The notes: generated from the letters alone by a model not told the origin. A stretch of DNA of 64,000 bases from Myxococcota bacterium (GCA_963676915.2 CAXXVK010000067.1:160001-224000), one strand, 5' to 3'. Shown: positions 39,160 through 51,233, counted from the stretch's first letter. Numbers and translations are program-made.

Positions 39160-40679
39160 CTACCAAGTCACATTATACAGTCCCTGGAAGCGGTCTTTCA
39201 GATACTCGGCGAAATAGACGGGATTGAGGGTTTCACCGCTGACGCGCACGGCCAGCTCGTCGGTGGTGTACCGTCGTCCGTGTCGGTGGATGTTTTCGTT
39301 CAACCACTTTTTGATGGGTGCGAATTCTCCTTTTTGAATCAAATCCTTGATATCCCCAAGCTCTTTCTGCATGGCGTGGGTCCACTGTGCGGCATAGAGG
39401 TTACCCAGCAGGTACGTAGGAAAATATCCGAACGACCCTAGCGACCAATGGATGTCCTGCAATACGCCGTCGGCATTGCATTGGGGGACGACTCCGAGGT
39501 ATTCCTTCATTTTGCCGTTCCAGATCTCGGGCAGATCCTCGACCTTGGCGTTTCCGGCGAACAGGGCTTTTTCGATCTCGTAGCGAACGATCACATGCAG
39601 GTTGTAAGTTACTTCGTCGGCTTCAACGCGGATCAACGACGGTTCTACCGCATTGATGGCGAAATGAAACTCATCGAGCGACACGTTGTCGAGGTTTTCG
39701 GGGAACAGCTTTGCAATTCAGGGTAAAAATACGTCCAGAACTCCCGGCTTCGTCCGACCTGGTTTTCCCAGAAACGGGATTGCGATTCGTGGTAACCCAG
39801 AGACAGTGAATCGCCAAGCGGGGTTCCGGCGTATTTCACCGGCAAGCCTTGCTCGTACAAGGCATGTCCCGCCTCGTGAATCGTTCCGAAAAGGGACGAA
39901 GGAAGCCAGTTCACGCTATATCGCGTCGTAATACGCACGTCGCGAGGATCGAAACTGGAGGTGAACGGGTGGGCCGCTTCGTCGAGTCGTCCCGCCTGGA
40001 GGTCGTATCCCATCTGTTTGAGAATCTGGTAGCCGATCGCTTCTTGTTGCGGGGCCGGGTAGTTTTTCTTCAGGATTTCAACGTTCGGTTTCCGGTCGGA
40101 ACCCTGAATCGCCTGGGTGGCCTTGACGGATTGTTCGCGGGCGACTTCGATGACCGGGTCCAGTTTCTTTGTGGTTGCGCCAGGTTCGTATTGGTCCAGC
40201 AATGCGTCGTAAGGAACACCGCCTTCGTCGAAACCGATGGCTTTAGCTTCCTGTTTTTTCAATTCGACCAGTTTTGCCAGCAAAGGAGCGAAGGCGCTGA
40301 AATCATCGTTCTTACGCGATTCAACCCACACGACGTGAGCGCGTCCCGCTGTTTCGGTGAGTTCGCGAACCAGTTCGAGCGGAAGTTTGACGCTACGGTC
40401 CCGGTCCCTTTTTGTTTCGCGAACGAGAGCTTTTTGCTCGTCGTTCAATTCCTGCGACTGGGACAGGTCGTCGAGCAGTTCACCCAATGCAGGATCGCAA
40501 TGTTTTTCATGAGCCAGACCGGCCAATACGGCCATCTGGCGAGAACGGGCGTCGTTGCCTTTGGGGGGCATGTATGTTTGTTGGTCCCATCCCAATAATC
40601 CGGTGGCCTGGTGGATGTCGGCGATGTCTCGGATAATGGAGACGAGTTTGTCGTATTTTTCGGCGGTTTTCGCGCTCAT
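39160..40679 (-). CDS. Carboxypeptidase Taq, peptidase M32 (frameshift near 39715)
   Basis: WDQQTYMP, HPF, DVRITTR, HEAGH, HESQ, IRVEADE, QDIHW, GYFPTY. Confidence 0.93.
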
Positions 40680-40954
40680 GATGACCTCTTTTCCGTTTGA
40701 ATTCATTTCAAGAACTGTAAAGCCGGAGATTCAAAAGATCAAGTATCATTGCTTCGGTGGTTGCAGATAGGGCTTTTAGATTCTGAGAATATTAAGAAAG
40801 TTCAATGGTTTGTGGGTTGAATCGGAGGTTGGGAGGGTGATTTTCTTTGTTTCGATTTCGTCTCTTGGGAAATTTGCTTTTCTTTCCCAACAGGCTGGCG
40901 TTATACTACGGATTGAATTTTTCCGATGGATTTCCGTTACCAAAGGAGTTCTTC

Positions 40955-42779
40955 GTGATTCTTTGTCCGAGATGTCACGCCGAAAATAAAGATGACGCAC
41001 GATTTTGTGAACGATGCGGGGAAAATCTGGCGGCTTTATCTCAAAAAAGCCAGGACCCATTCATCGGTCGGATTCTTTCCGATAAATACCTGATCCTCGA
41101 TCATCTCGGGGATGGTGGTATGGGGAAAGTCTACAAAGCCGAGCAGCTTTCGCTTTCGAAAAACATCGCCATCAAGATTTTGCACAAGGAACTGTTGAAA
41201 AACGATACTCAGGTCAAACGTTTTCAGCGCGAAGCTTTATTGGCGAGTCGTTTGGAACATCCCAATAGCATCAATATCATCGATTTCGGAAAGACCGAAG
41301 AAGGTGCGCACTTTCTGGCGATGGAAGCGCTTTCCGGCGTGGAATTGTCGGACGTGATCAAAAAAGAATTTCCGCTCGAATGCGAACGTACGGTGCATAT
41401 TCTGATGCAGGTCTGCTCGGTGCTTGCCGAGGCTCATGCCAACACCATCGTTCACCGGGATCTGAAGCCCGAGAACATCATGTTGATCGACCGCATGGAA
41501 GATCCCAACTTCGTGAAAGTTCTGGACTTCGGCATTGCAAAACTGCACGAACGGGACGAAAACGAGCCTGCCATCACCATGCAGGGAATGGTTTGCGGAA
41601 CTCCCGAATACATGTCGCCCGAACAGGCCATGGGCAAAGAACTCGATCCTCGGACGGACCTGTATTCCCTGGGTTGCGTTTTGTACGAAATGATGACGCA
41701 GCAGGTGCCGTTTAAAAATCCGAATCCTCAAGCCTTGTTGGCGATGCACATCAAGGATAAACCGATTCCACCCAGCCAGCTGCGCCCCGAATTGGATATC
41801 AACCCGGATCTTGAAAAAATCGCCCTGAAGGCGATGAAAAAGAAGGTGGAAAACCGCTATCAGTCCTCGTTGGATATGCGTCAAGCCTTCGAGGCGTTGT
41901 TGATCGATGCAGGAAAATTCCGCCCGACCTCCGCTTCTCAGCCGATACCTACTCCTCCACCGCAACCGCCGGAACCACCCCAAAGTGGAAAGCTGAACAA
42001 CATTCCGACGCAGTTCAAAACCTCGGATACGTCATCGTCGTCCATGGTTCCCGATCCCTATCAGTCGCAGCAACGGGGAGAGCCGGCTTCTACGGCAGAA
42101 ATGCTTCGAGGTGGGAAAAAGGGAAGCAATTACGCCAAGATGATGATAGGTGCGGTAGCCGCGCTCGTGTTGGTCATCGGTGCTGTATGGGTAATGGGCG
42201 GGGAAGGCGGTGAGAGTCAGCAACAGGTTCCCGAGCCAAAAACGGTTCAAGCGAAAACGGCCAAGATGCCGGTGCCGGCTTTGGTGCCTCCTTCGCCGGA
42301 CGTAGAAAAGGAACCGATTGCCAACGCGCCGGAACCAAAGCGTGAAGTTCCGAAAAAGAAATTTTCTCGGCCTGCTCGCAGCACGACTCCTAGAACGGAG
42401 GAAAACGGAAAAAACTCCTCCGCCGAGTGTCGCCGCCGTTCAGCCGGAACCCGAGCCGGAACCGGAACCGAAAAAAACGGTCGTAAAAGAGAAAAAAGAA
42501 CCGAAACTCGATGCTGCCACCCGAATGGAAAAAGCGCTCGAATATTACGAAAAAGGAAAAAAAGAATTTCGTAGCGGCAATGTCAGCGCTGCTATTCAAA
42601 ATTACAAAAAATCCCTCAAATACAACCCGAGATCTTCACGGACGAACAAAATGCTTGGGCAGGCGTACCAGAGCCAGGGAAAAAACGCACTGGCCAAAAA
42701 GCATTTCAAATTGTACCTGCGGTACAATCCCAAAGCGCCGGATGCCGAGATCATCCAGAACTTGATCGATACTTTGTAA
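40955..42779 (+). CDS. Hanks-type Ser/Thr protein kinase with N-terminal zinc ribbon, TM and C-terminal TPR (frameshift near 42400)
   Basis: CPRC...CERC, LGDGGMGKVY, HRDLKPEN, DFG, GTPEYMSPE; TPR region in ORF 42318..42779; GTG 40955 after AAGGAG. Confidence 0.9.
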
Positions 42780-42788
42780 GCATTGCCC

Positions 42789-43157
42789 ATGAACGCGATG
42801 ATCGAATTTCTGGAAAGTATGGGATTGCTGGCGGTCGGTGTTGTCGTGGTCCTGGTTTTGCGTCGAATCCTGGCCGTGGAACCCCGCGAGGATGAGGAAC
42901 TCAAGGCCGATCCCGAACAATGGGCCGGTGCTGAACGCATCCAACCGGAAGATCTCGAAGCCGGGAATTTACTGCTTCGAAGCGATGGGCTGGTGCTCCG
43001 CTATCTGCGTAAAGCCGAACCGAACGAGTATTCCGAGCGCGAGGAATGGTTGTTCGAGCCGATCGAAGATGGCAAAGCCATCGAATTGCACGTGGGGATT
43101 CCCCGAGACGAATTCGACGATATTCGCAGAATAGAAAATAACGAACAAAAAAGATGA
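42789..43157 (+). CDS. Hypothetical protein with N-terminal TM
   Basis: ~122-aa ORF tightly packed between the kinase and xseB; LLAVGVVVVLVL. Confidence 0.6.
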   Translation: MNAMIEFLESMGLLAVGVVVVLVLRRILAVEPREDEELKADPEQWAGAERIQPEDLEAGNLLLRSDGLVLRYLRKAEPNEYSEREEWLFEPIEDGKAIELHVGIPRDEFDDIRRIENNEQKR

Positions 43158-43196
43158 GATCCCAAGCTGCATGTGTGGCTTACGGAGAAAAGCGAT

Positions 43197-43430
43197 ATGA
43201 AGGAAAAACGATACGAAGAATTGATAGAACGGCTGGAAAGCATCGTCGAACAGCTTGAAAAAGGTGAAAAGCCGCTGGATGAGTCACTGGAACTATTTCA
43301 GGAAGGTGTCGCCTTGGTGAAGACGGCGACGAAGCGCTTGGACGGCGTCGAGAAAAAAGTGGAAATCCTGGTCAAAGACATTCGCAACGACGAGCATTTC
43401 GAAGATTTCCCCGAGGAAGATCAGGAATAA
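43197..43430 (+). CDS. xseB: Exodeoxyribonuclease VII small subunit
   Basis: YEELIERLESIVEQLEKGEKPLDESLELFQEGVALVK. Confidence 0.93.
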   Translation: MKEKRYEELIERLESIVEQLEKGEKPLDESLELFQEGVALVKTATKRLDGVEKKVEILVKDIRNDEHFEDFPEEDQE

Positions 43431-43517
43431 CAGCGACAAGCTTTTATCTGTATCGATAGTGCCAGCCGAAAGGAACGACGGCCCATTTTTCCCTCTCAAG
43501 ACAAATGGAACACGTGG

Positions 43518-44051
43518 GTGCTCGATCACGCGCACGGACTGAGACGGTGGTTCCGAATCTCTTCCTTTGCGGCGCTGGCCTGTTTCCTGTTTCTGGTGTT
43601 GCGTATCCGTTCCGTTCTCGAATCCAGCCAGAGTCCTTATGCCGATCTCGTGATTCCGCTTTATCTCGATTTTGCGTTGGTTTTCGTGCTCTTGCTGGTG
43701 TATCCGAGGGTTCGAATTCTGCTGTACATTCTTTCCGCTCCCAAATGTGCCGCGTTATTTGCCGATGCGATTTTCTGGTGGAAATCTGCCGCCGAAAGTA
43801 TGGATGCCGCCTCGTTGATTCTTCCGCTGGGGTGGGCGTTGGCGCAAGCTGCTTTCGGTTTTGCGTATGGATTGTTGCTGTTTTTCATGCTGATGGTATT
43901 GGAGCCGCTTGAAGCTCGTCCGCAGCGGACTTTGAAAGGCAATGGTGACCATTTTCCAGCGTATTGGAATCGCAAACTGGATTTCTGGCTGACCTTCGGT
44001 TTCGTGGCCATTTGGCTGGCGGTGGCGATGGCCAAGTGGTTGGGGGTGTGA
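43518..44051 (+). CDS. Hypothetical integral membrane protein
   Basis: Four to five hydrophobic segments; stop overlaps the tlyA start (TGATG). Confidence 0.65.
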   Translation: MLDHAHGLRRWFRISSFAALACFLFLVLRIRSVLESSQSPYADLVIPLYLDFALVFVLLLVYPRVRILLYILSAPKCAALFADAIFWWKSAAESMDAASLILPLGWALAQAAFGFAYGLLLFFMLMVLEPLEARPQRTLKGNGDHFPAYWNRKLDFWLTFGFVAIWLAVAMAKWLGV

Positions 44052-44809
44052 TGGCGAAAAGCGAGAAAATCCGCCTCGACGTGCTTGTGGCCGAACGTGG
44101 CCTGGCTCCCAGTCGACAGAGGGCGCAAGCGTTGATTCTCGCAGGTCAGGTTGTGGTTGGGGAGCACGTTCATACCAAGGCGGGTGAACGCTTCGCTTTG
44201 GACGTGCCGATTCGTCTAAAAGGCAATCCCAACCCCTATGTATCCCGTGGCGGATTGAAACTGAAAAGCGGTTTGGATCATTTCGGGGTGATTCCCGAAG
44301 ATTTCGTGTGTCTGGATATCGGAGCCTCGACCGGTGGGTTTACCGACTGCTTGTTGAAGCACGGAGCGCGTAAAGTGTATGCGCTCGATGTCGGCACGAA
44401 CCAACTCGATTATAAGCTTCGTAGTGATGACCGGGTCATTTGCTGGGAACAAACGCACGTCAAAGAACTAGGTTCCAAATCGATTGACGAACCTGTCGAT
44501 CTGATCACCATAGATGTCAGCTTTATTGCAATGCGGCAGGTTTTGCCTCATCTTTTTCCTTTTTTGCACGATGGCGCCGGGCTGCTGGGGATGGTCAAGC
44601 CTCAATTCGAGGTAGGCCGGGAAAAAGTGGGGAAGGGCGGTGTCGTGCGCGATCCCAAAATCCAAGCCGAGGCGGTCGAGGCCGTTCGGGAGATGTTGCT
44701 TGGTGAAGGTTTTGCCTCGGAAGCGCCGTTTCCAAGTGCGGTCAAAGGTCCGAAAGGGAACCAGGAGTGGTTCGTTTTCGTCCCTCGAAAGATAAAAGAG
44801 TCAGTTTGA
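44051..44809 (+). CDS. tlyA: TlyA family rRNA methyltransferase
   Basis: RLDVLV S4 domain, YVSRGGLKL, DIGASTGGFTDCLL, DVSFI, KPQFE, GNQE. Confidence 0.95.
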   Translation: MAKSEKIRLDVLVAERGLAPSRQRAQALILAGQVVVGEHVHTKAGERFALDVPIRLKGNPNPYVSRGGLKLKSGLDHFGVIPEDFVCLDIGASTGGFTDCLLKHGARKVYALDVGTNQLDYKLRSDDRVICWEQTHVKELGSKSIDEPVDLITIDVSFIAMRQVLPHLFPFLHDGAGLLGMVKPQFEVGREKVGKGGVVRDPKIQAEAVEAVREMLLGEGFASEAPFPSAVKGPKGNQEWFVFVPRKIKESV

Positions 44810-45829
44810 TTTTCCTGCCTGTACCGCTTTGAATACTCGTACCGCGTTGAGTCCCAGAATTTTTCGAATCGTTTCCGGTTTGTGTCCTCGTTTCAACAGA
44901 CCTGTGGTTAGTTGGGGCAGTCCCCGACAGTCGCGCAAGCCTTTGGGCAGAATCAGTCCCGAACCTTCCCAGTCGCTACCGATGGAAACGTAATCTTCTC
45001 CAATCGTTCGGATGATGTACTCGATATGATCAAGCACCGGTTCGATATCGATGAAAAACCGTCCGGCAAGGAATTTCGGGACGAAGATAATGCCCACCGT
45101 TCCGTTCGAATCGGCTACGGCTCGAAGCTGTTCGTTGTCGATATTGCGCCACAGATCGTATACGCCACAGACGCCGGTGTGCGAGACGAGCACCGGTGTT
45201 TTGGATCGGCGAGCGGCCTGCATGAAGGTCTTTTTGTTGACGTGAGCCAGATCGACGATGAACCCCAGATTGTTCAGGCGATCCACGAGTTCTTCTCCCC
45301 GTGGCGTCAGTCCGCGTCCGGGGTCGGTTCGCAATCCTTTCACGCAGGTTGCATATCGGTTGGAGGAAAAATGGGTCAACGTGACATACCGCACGCCCAA
45401 AGTATAGAATTCGGGCAGTTTGTCCAGGTGACCTCCCAGGCAATGCGCCCCTTCCAACCCCATGAAACCGGCTTTTCGACCCTTTAAATATTCCAGATCA
45501 AGTTCTTCTCCATCTTCGACGGCAAGAAATTTCCCTACGCTGTCATGAACGGCTTTTTGGAACAAAGACACCTGGTATAAGGCCGATTGCAGGCGCTTTT
45601 CTTCACTCGCCATAGGAGAACAGACGACGCCCAGCCCGGCGATGTCCAACCCGCCATCGGTCATGCGCGGAAGATCGATATGGGAAAGCATCGTGCCGAA
45701 AGGGAGATGCCGGTGTCGGCGTAGAAAATCGTAACCAACAAGAGAACTCCACATGAAGGCATCGATATGCCAGTCCACTGTCAGGCTGGAAAAGTGAAGA
45801 TCCAAGGCTTCTTTACTGATCTCGCTCAT
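44801..45829 (-). CDS. Membrane dipeptidase, peptidase M19
   Basis: VDWHID, GLEGAH, VTLTH, VDLAH, VSHTG, GSDWEG, LGLNAVRV. Confidence 0.92.
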   Translation of the reverse strand: MSEISKEALDLHFSSLTVDWHIDAFMWSSLVGYDFLRRHRHLPFGTMLSHIDLPRMTDGGLDIAGLGVVCSPMASEEKRLQSALYQVSLFQKAVHDSVGKFLAVEDGEELDLEYLKGRKAGFMGLEGAHCLGGHLDKLPEFYTLGVRYVTLTHFSSNRYATCVKGLRTDPGRGLTPRGEELVDRLNNLGFIVDLAHVNKKTFMQAARRSKTPVLVSHTGVCGVYDLWRNIDNEQLRAVADSNGTVGIIFVPKFLAGRFFIDIEPVLDHIEYIIRTIGEDYVSIGSDWEGSGLILPKGLRDCRGLPQLTTGLLKRGHKPETIRKILGLNAVRVFKAVQAGKSN

Positions 45830-45960
45830 GGTGCAAACCGAACTGTTGGAAGTTGAAAAGCTCAATAATACAAGGATGTAGCGTCATTGTATCGGTTTTG
45901 GTGGATCGTCCAATCTTTTTTCGTTCTTCAAATCTCGCTTGAAAACGCTGAAATAAAACC

Positions 45961-46066
45961 ACTATGGACATTTGTCCCGCATGGACAAATGTCCCATGGG
46001 GTAAACCCTCGAAACGTGGTAGAGTTTGCTGTTTCTCTATTGAGTATCGGGACAATTGTCCATAGT
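45961..46066. promoter_or_regulatory. Three GGACA-WW-TGTCC palindromes (putative enhancer sites)
   Basis: GGACATTTGTCC 45966, GGACAAATGTCC 45983, GGACAATTGTCC 46050; the outer two extend to 18-bp inverted repeats of each other (1 mismatch). Confidence 0.7.
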
Positions 46067-46144
46067 GGTTTGGAGAGAGTTGTTGTGTTGGTAGAATGAT
46101 GAATAATCTAGTAAAAACATGTAGATATGTTGGATGATAAAAAT

Positions 46145-46160
46145 TGGCACGGTGATAGCA
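46145..46160 (+). promoter_or_regulatory. sigma54 (-24/-12) promoter
   Basis: TGGCACGGTGATAGCA = TGGCAC-N5-TAGCA, GG-N10-GC, 60 bp upstream of ORF 46221. Confidence 0.75.
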
Positions 46161-46220
46161 ATAGTGAATGGGTGTCTGATGGAGGTTCAAAGAGGTTTTA
46201 AACGATAGGAACGGAACGAA

Positions 46221-46520
46221 ATGAAGAAAGAGAAACACCAAGACCTGATTTTCGATCCAATCGAAGGAATGTTGCAGGAAATAACCTCCGACTTCGACGC
46301 TTACAACGGATTCGTCGATTGGCCAACGACGATGGATGACCCGTCGGCCCCTATGTCCCTTACCTTCATCCTTGAGGATCTCGTTCGGCAGTACGAGCTT
46401 CTCTACCCTTCCATCGCACAACTGTCAGGTAGATCGGACGGACTCCGCACCTCCGGACGGTCGCTCTCTTTTCTCCCTTCTGCTTTCGTTTTTCACAAGG
46501 AAACGGAGGATATCCATTAG
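46221..46520 (+). CDS. Small acidic hypothetical protein (true end uncertain)
   Basis: ORF behind a sigma54 promoter and in front of a terminator; the first ~70 aa look protein-like. Confidence 0.5.
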   Translation: MKKEKHQDLIFDPIEGMLQEITSDFDAYNGFVDWPTTMDDPSAPMSLTFILEDLVRQYELLYPSIAQLSGRSDGLRTSGRSLSFLPSAFVFHKETEDIH

Positions 46521-46555
46521 CCGGGAAGCATAAGGTAGAGAAGGGAAACCACCTT

Positions 46556-46581
46556 GGGGAAGCTACATGGCTTCCCCTTTT
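46556..46581 (+). terminator. Rho-independent terminator
   Basis: GGGGAAGC-tacatg-GCTTCCCC followed by TTTT. Confidence 0.7.
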
Positions 46582-46611
46582 CAATTGGGGAAAAATGACG
46601 TGTAGTTATAA

Positions 46612-47974
46612 CTACTTGACGTTGTAGCTTTTCAGCTTTCGATGCAGTGTTTGCAGACCGATTTCCAATACGCGGGCGGCTTTGCTTTTGTTGCGCCCGA
46701 CGGCATCGTACACCTTTAAAATGTGTTTTCGTTCGATTTCGGCGAGCGGCTCCAGGTTGCTATCCAGTTGTATGGTTCGTTTTTCCGATTTCTCTTTGAG
46801 AAGGTTGGGAAGTCGCAGGTGGTCGAGTTCGATCAATCCTTCCTGGGCGAGGTTCGAAGCGGCTTCCAGCACGCCGCGCAACTCTCGGACATTTCCCGGC
46901 CAATCGTGGTCGAGCAGGGCTTCTTCGGCGGCTTTGGAAAGACCGTTGACCGCCCGGTCGGATAAGCGAATGAAGTTGTCTGCCAGGAGCAGTATATCGT
47001 CCCCGCGCTGCTTCAAAGGAGGCAACACAAGGTGTGCGAATTGTAGGCGGTAGAAGAGATCCTTACGGAATTTTCCTTGTTCCACCTGTTTGACAAGATC
47101 TTGATTGGTTGCCGCGATAAAACGGATATCCGCCCGTTCGGGTGTGGTTTTTCCTACCGGTACGTATTCGCCTTCCTGAAGAATTCGCAGCAATTTTCCC
47201 TGGGTTTCCAGTGACAAATCCCCGATTTCGTCGAGGAACAGCGTTCCGCCTCCGGCACGTCCCATATAACCCGCTCGTTCACGTTCCGCCCCCGTGAAAG
47301 CTCCTTTGGCGTGGCCGAAGAATTCGGACTCGAATAGGCTGGGAGAAATGGCGATCATATTGACGGCCACGAACGGGCCTTCCCGCCGATGGCTTGCCAA
47401 ATGTATCGCACGGGCGAGGAGTTCTTTTCCGACTCCCGTATCTCCGGTAATCAGGATGGGAATTTCGCTGGTGGCGTGTAGTTCGGCTTCGTGAAGAATG
47501 CGGAGCATTCTAGCGTTTCCTGTGATGACTTCCTTGAAAGCGTTGGGGTCGTCCAGCGAATCTTTGGTGGCGGCTTCAGAGCGCAGTTGCAACGAAGTCA
47601 GCAGCCATTTACGTTCCAGGGCGTGCTTGAGTGAAAGCACGAGCTGGTCCGGGGTGATCGGCTTGACGAGGTAATCGTATGCCCCCAGTTTCATGGCAGT
47701 AATGGCGGTAGTCACGTTTTCGTTGGCGGTGACCATCACACATTCTGTTGCAGGGCTTTTTTCCTTAATGATTTTAAGTAAATCGATCCCGTTGAGTCCC
47801 GGCATGGTGACGTCCAGAAAGGCCATATCGAAATCACTGTCTTCAAGCAATTCCGGCACTTTCGTTGGGTCGGCGACGGATGTTACGTCGTTGTACCCTT
47901 CCAGACGCAACATCCGTAACAACGCTGTCGAGAAACGCCTGCTCGTCATCTACGATCAGAATGGAGGTGTTCAC
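46612..47974 (-). CDS. sigma54-dependent response regulator (NtrC family), frameshift near the 5' end
   Basis: GTG 47974 gives MNTSILIVDDEQAFL; GDTGVGKE, GHAKGAFTGA, WPGNVREL, Fis HTH. Confidence 0.92.
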
Positions 47975-50900
47975 GGCTCGGACTCCTTGTATTCGGGCAG
48001 GACTACCGTAAAGCGGCATCCCTTGCCTTTTTCACTGTTAACTATGATTTTGCCTTCATGTTCTTCGATGATTCGCTGGCTGATGGCAAGGCCGAGACCG
48101 GTTCCCGAGTCCCGGCTTTTGGTCGTAAAGAATGGATCGAAAATGTTGGCGATGATCTCTTCGGAAATGCCGATGCCGTTGTCTTCTACGGAGACTTCTA
48201 TCCATCCTGGTTTGGAGGTGTGTTTTTGGGCTTTGAGGCGAACTTACGAATCCTCCCCGCTGGCGGCTTGTCCTGCGTTGATGACCAGGTTGATCAGGAC
48301 TTGCTCTATTTTTCCGGCGTTCATCGCAACCGCTGGGAGGTTGTCTTCCACTTCCACTTCGAATCGTTTTACCTCTTTTTGGACTTGTTTTCCTACAAGG
48401 GTGACAACGTGATCCACCACTTCCCGAATGCTTCGAGGGAGGCGTTCCTCGGCGTCGTGGCTACGGATGTAATTTTTAAGATCCGAAACGATACCGGTGA
48501 TACGCTTCGAGCCGTGCTCCATGTTGTCCAGCAACTTGAATACGTCGTCGAGGAAGGTTTCGTAAGGCATGTTGAGGATTTTCAGACCGGGAACGCGCTC
48601 GGTTTCACGGTCGAGAATCGGCCGGATAGCTTCGATGTACCGTTTGAGAATCGGCAAGTTGATGTAAATGAAATTGTTGGGGTTATTGATCTCGTGGGCG
48701 ACACCCGCAACGATCTGCCCCAGCGCGGCCAGTTTTTGAGCACGGAAAATCTGTTTTTCGGCCCGTTTGGTTTCGGTGAGATCCAGAAACGAAGCGACTC
48801 GCTGCCTCGTTCCCGGAACGGTGCCCAGTGTCATGATCCCGTGGTGCTGTTTGCCGTCCCGGCTAAGGAGCCGTGTTTCGTAGTTTTTCGGGGGTAGTGG
48901 CGAGGCCGATTCGTGAATTTCCTGCATTTTCGGCATGGTTTCGAATTCGAAAAAAGGCGAACCATGGGAGGCGGTTTTCGATTTCGTCCCATTCATAACC
49001 TGACATCTTGGCGAACTCGGTGTTGGCCAACGTGATCTGGTCGTCTTCGCCGATCATGATCGTTGCCGTACCGGTGGTTTCGAAGATCGTACGGTAGGTG
49101 TTCTCCGATTCCTTGAGAGCATTTTCCGCCGTGCGGCGCTCGGTGATGTCGAAGCCTGTGAAAATCCAGGCTTTTTCTCCTTCCAGTTCATACGATGCGG
49201 TCGTTGTTTCGATCCATCGTTCGTTCTGGGTGGCGGTGATCAGTTTGAGTTCCAGATGGTCGGGGAAAGGCTCTTGTCGGGTATGAGCTACACGAGCCCG
49301 TTCGAAGAGCCGACCGGATGCTTTATCGAATAAATCCAGCGGATTCAGGTGAGAAAGTTCTTCCCAGGGATAACCGGAAATTTGCAATGCCGCTCGGTTG
49401 GCGTAAATAAAGCGTTCTCCCTGAAGAATGAAAATCGCAGCCGTCGTCGATTCGGCCAATACGCGGAATTTGTGCTCGCTGACCGTCAGTTGTTGCAGCG
49501 TTCGTTTTTCCTCGGTCGCTTCGGTGCCTACACCCTCCATGTAGCCTTCCGTTGCATACAGCCGGATGCCGAAACGCATCCAGAAGGGCGTGCCGTCTTT
49601 TTTGATGAACTGGCACTCGAACTTGTCGATGGCTCCTTCGTTGGCAAGAAGTTCTTGGTTCAAACGCTTCGCATCGCTGCGATCCATGAGGGATTTGCGG
49701 ATGTTGAAGTGTTCCAGCATTTCTTGACGGCTACTATAGCCGAAAAGATCCACCATCGTCGGATTCGCTTCCAGAATGCGGGCGTCTTCGGTGCGTATTC
49801 GGAACAGCGCGACCTGGGCGTTTTCGAAGATGTTGCGGTATTTTTCCTCGGAATCTTTAAGTGCCAGCGTCGTTTCTTTTTCCTGCGTGATGTCCAGTCC
49901 CACACCGTCCATATAGCCTTTTTCCGGGAAGACTTTGGCAGAGAAACGCACCCAGAAGGTCGAACCGTCCTTTTTACGGAATCTTGTTTCGAAATTGCTG
50001 GCGACGCCTTTGTTGGCCATAAACTCGCGATACAGGCGTTCGCGCTCGGAAGGATAGACCCAGTTGGGTTCGATGTAATATTTATGGATGAACTCGTCGA
50101 TGTCGTCGAAACCGAAAATTTCGGCCATGACCTGATTGGATTCAAGCACTTTTCCATCGCCGATACGCACCCGGAACATGCCGACCTGGGCGTTTTGGAA
50201 AATCGTGCGGTAGCGTTCTTCGCTTTCACTTAGTTGAAATTCCCGTTTCAGTAACCTGCTGGATAAAAGCGCTAGAAAAAGCGCCAACATAAGTCCCAAA
50301 CCGAGTAGGAAATACTCCTCACGGGTCGTGACCTGACGCATCAGGCTGGTAGAAGGGGAGAGTGTCAAGCTCCAGGTTCTCGGACCTACACCGAGGTTGC
50401 TTGTGGCGCGTACATCGGCATCGAGGATCGCTTGCGGATCACTGGTACTGTACACTTGGCTGCTATGATCCAGAATCAGCAGATCGAAATTTTTTCGTAC
50501 GCCCTTTCCAAGACAATCTTCGATCAGGGGGGCGAGTCGGAACACCACGTTTAGGTAACCTTCGACTTTATCTCCACGTAGCAAAGGATAAAACGCCACT
50601 ACGCCTTCGCCGCCTTGGAATAGTTCGATCGGCGGTGTAATATCGAGAGATTGCGTACGGACCACTTCTCTGAACGTTTCCGCCGACTGCGGATGTTCGA
50701 ACAGGTTTTTTCCTTTTGCGCTACGATTGGGGATTTCCGGCACAACCCAGCGGATTACTCCGTCCGGATCTATCCAGTTGATGGCCAATACACCACCGAA
50801 ACTCTGTTGCAGATATGTGGCGTGTTGCGTGAAGGCTTCCTCGTCGTTGATCAGTTCTTTTTGCCAGTACCAGCGCATGGTGCTGATGATGTTCAGCCGA

Positions 50901-51076
50901 ATATTGACGTACTCTTCCAATCGAATCGCAACCTGTTCGGCGGTCAATTGGGTTTTGATTCCAAGAGTTTCCATTCGCTGGTTGCCTGCGGCCATCCAGA
51001 AAACGAGAATGGCGGCAGAAATCAGGATAAACAAACCGGTCGGAATCAGGATGTTTTTTCGGATGAGAAAACGCAT
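47971..51076 (-). CDS. CHASE-domain, multi-PAS sensor histidine kinase (two frameshifts)
   Basis: TM-CHASE (TPPIELFQGGEG)-TM, four PAS domains, GVAHEINNP, QVLINLVINA; the end reads FTVVLPEYKESEP* overlapping the regulator start. Confidence 0.88.
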
Positions 51077-51233
51077 GGTGAACATCCGGTGAACAACAAA
51101 CGAAATCCATAGCCAGGGGAAGGACTTCGAGGGCAAAAAAATGGGCAAAAAAACGCTTTGTGGGCGGTATGCTACTCCCGGATGCCGAAGAATGCCATTT
51201 TTCTTGACGCGAAATTTTGCAAAAAAATCCGGT

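Noticed and set aside
3400-49000. Many frameshifts (near 3420, 9010, 10410, 11945, 14130, 16215, 16930, 32550, 33725, 37625, 37797, 39715, 42400, 47915, 48240, 48955) as programmed frameshifting, phase variation or mass pseudogenisation
   Set aside because: They are single-base indels scattered over unrelated genes, several in homopolymers, with motifs intact on both sides and no accompanying nonsense decay. Uncorrected long-read errors are the simpler explanation; read polishing would settle it.
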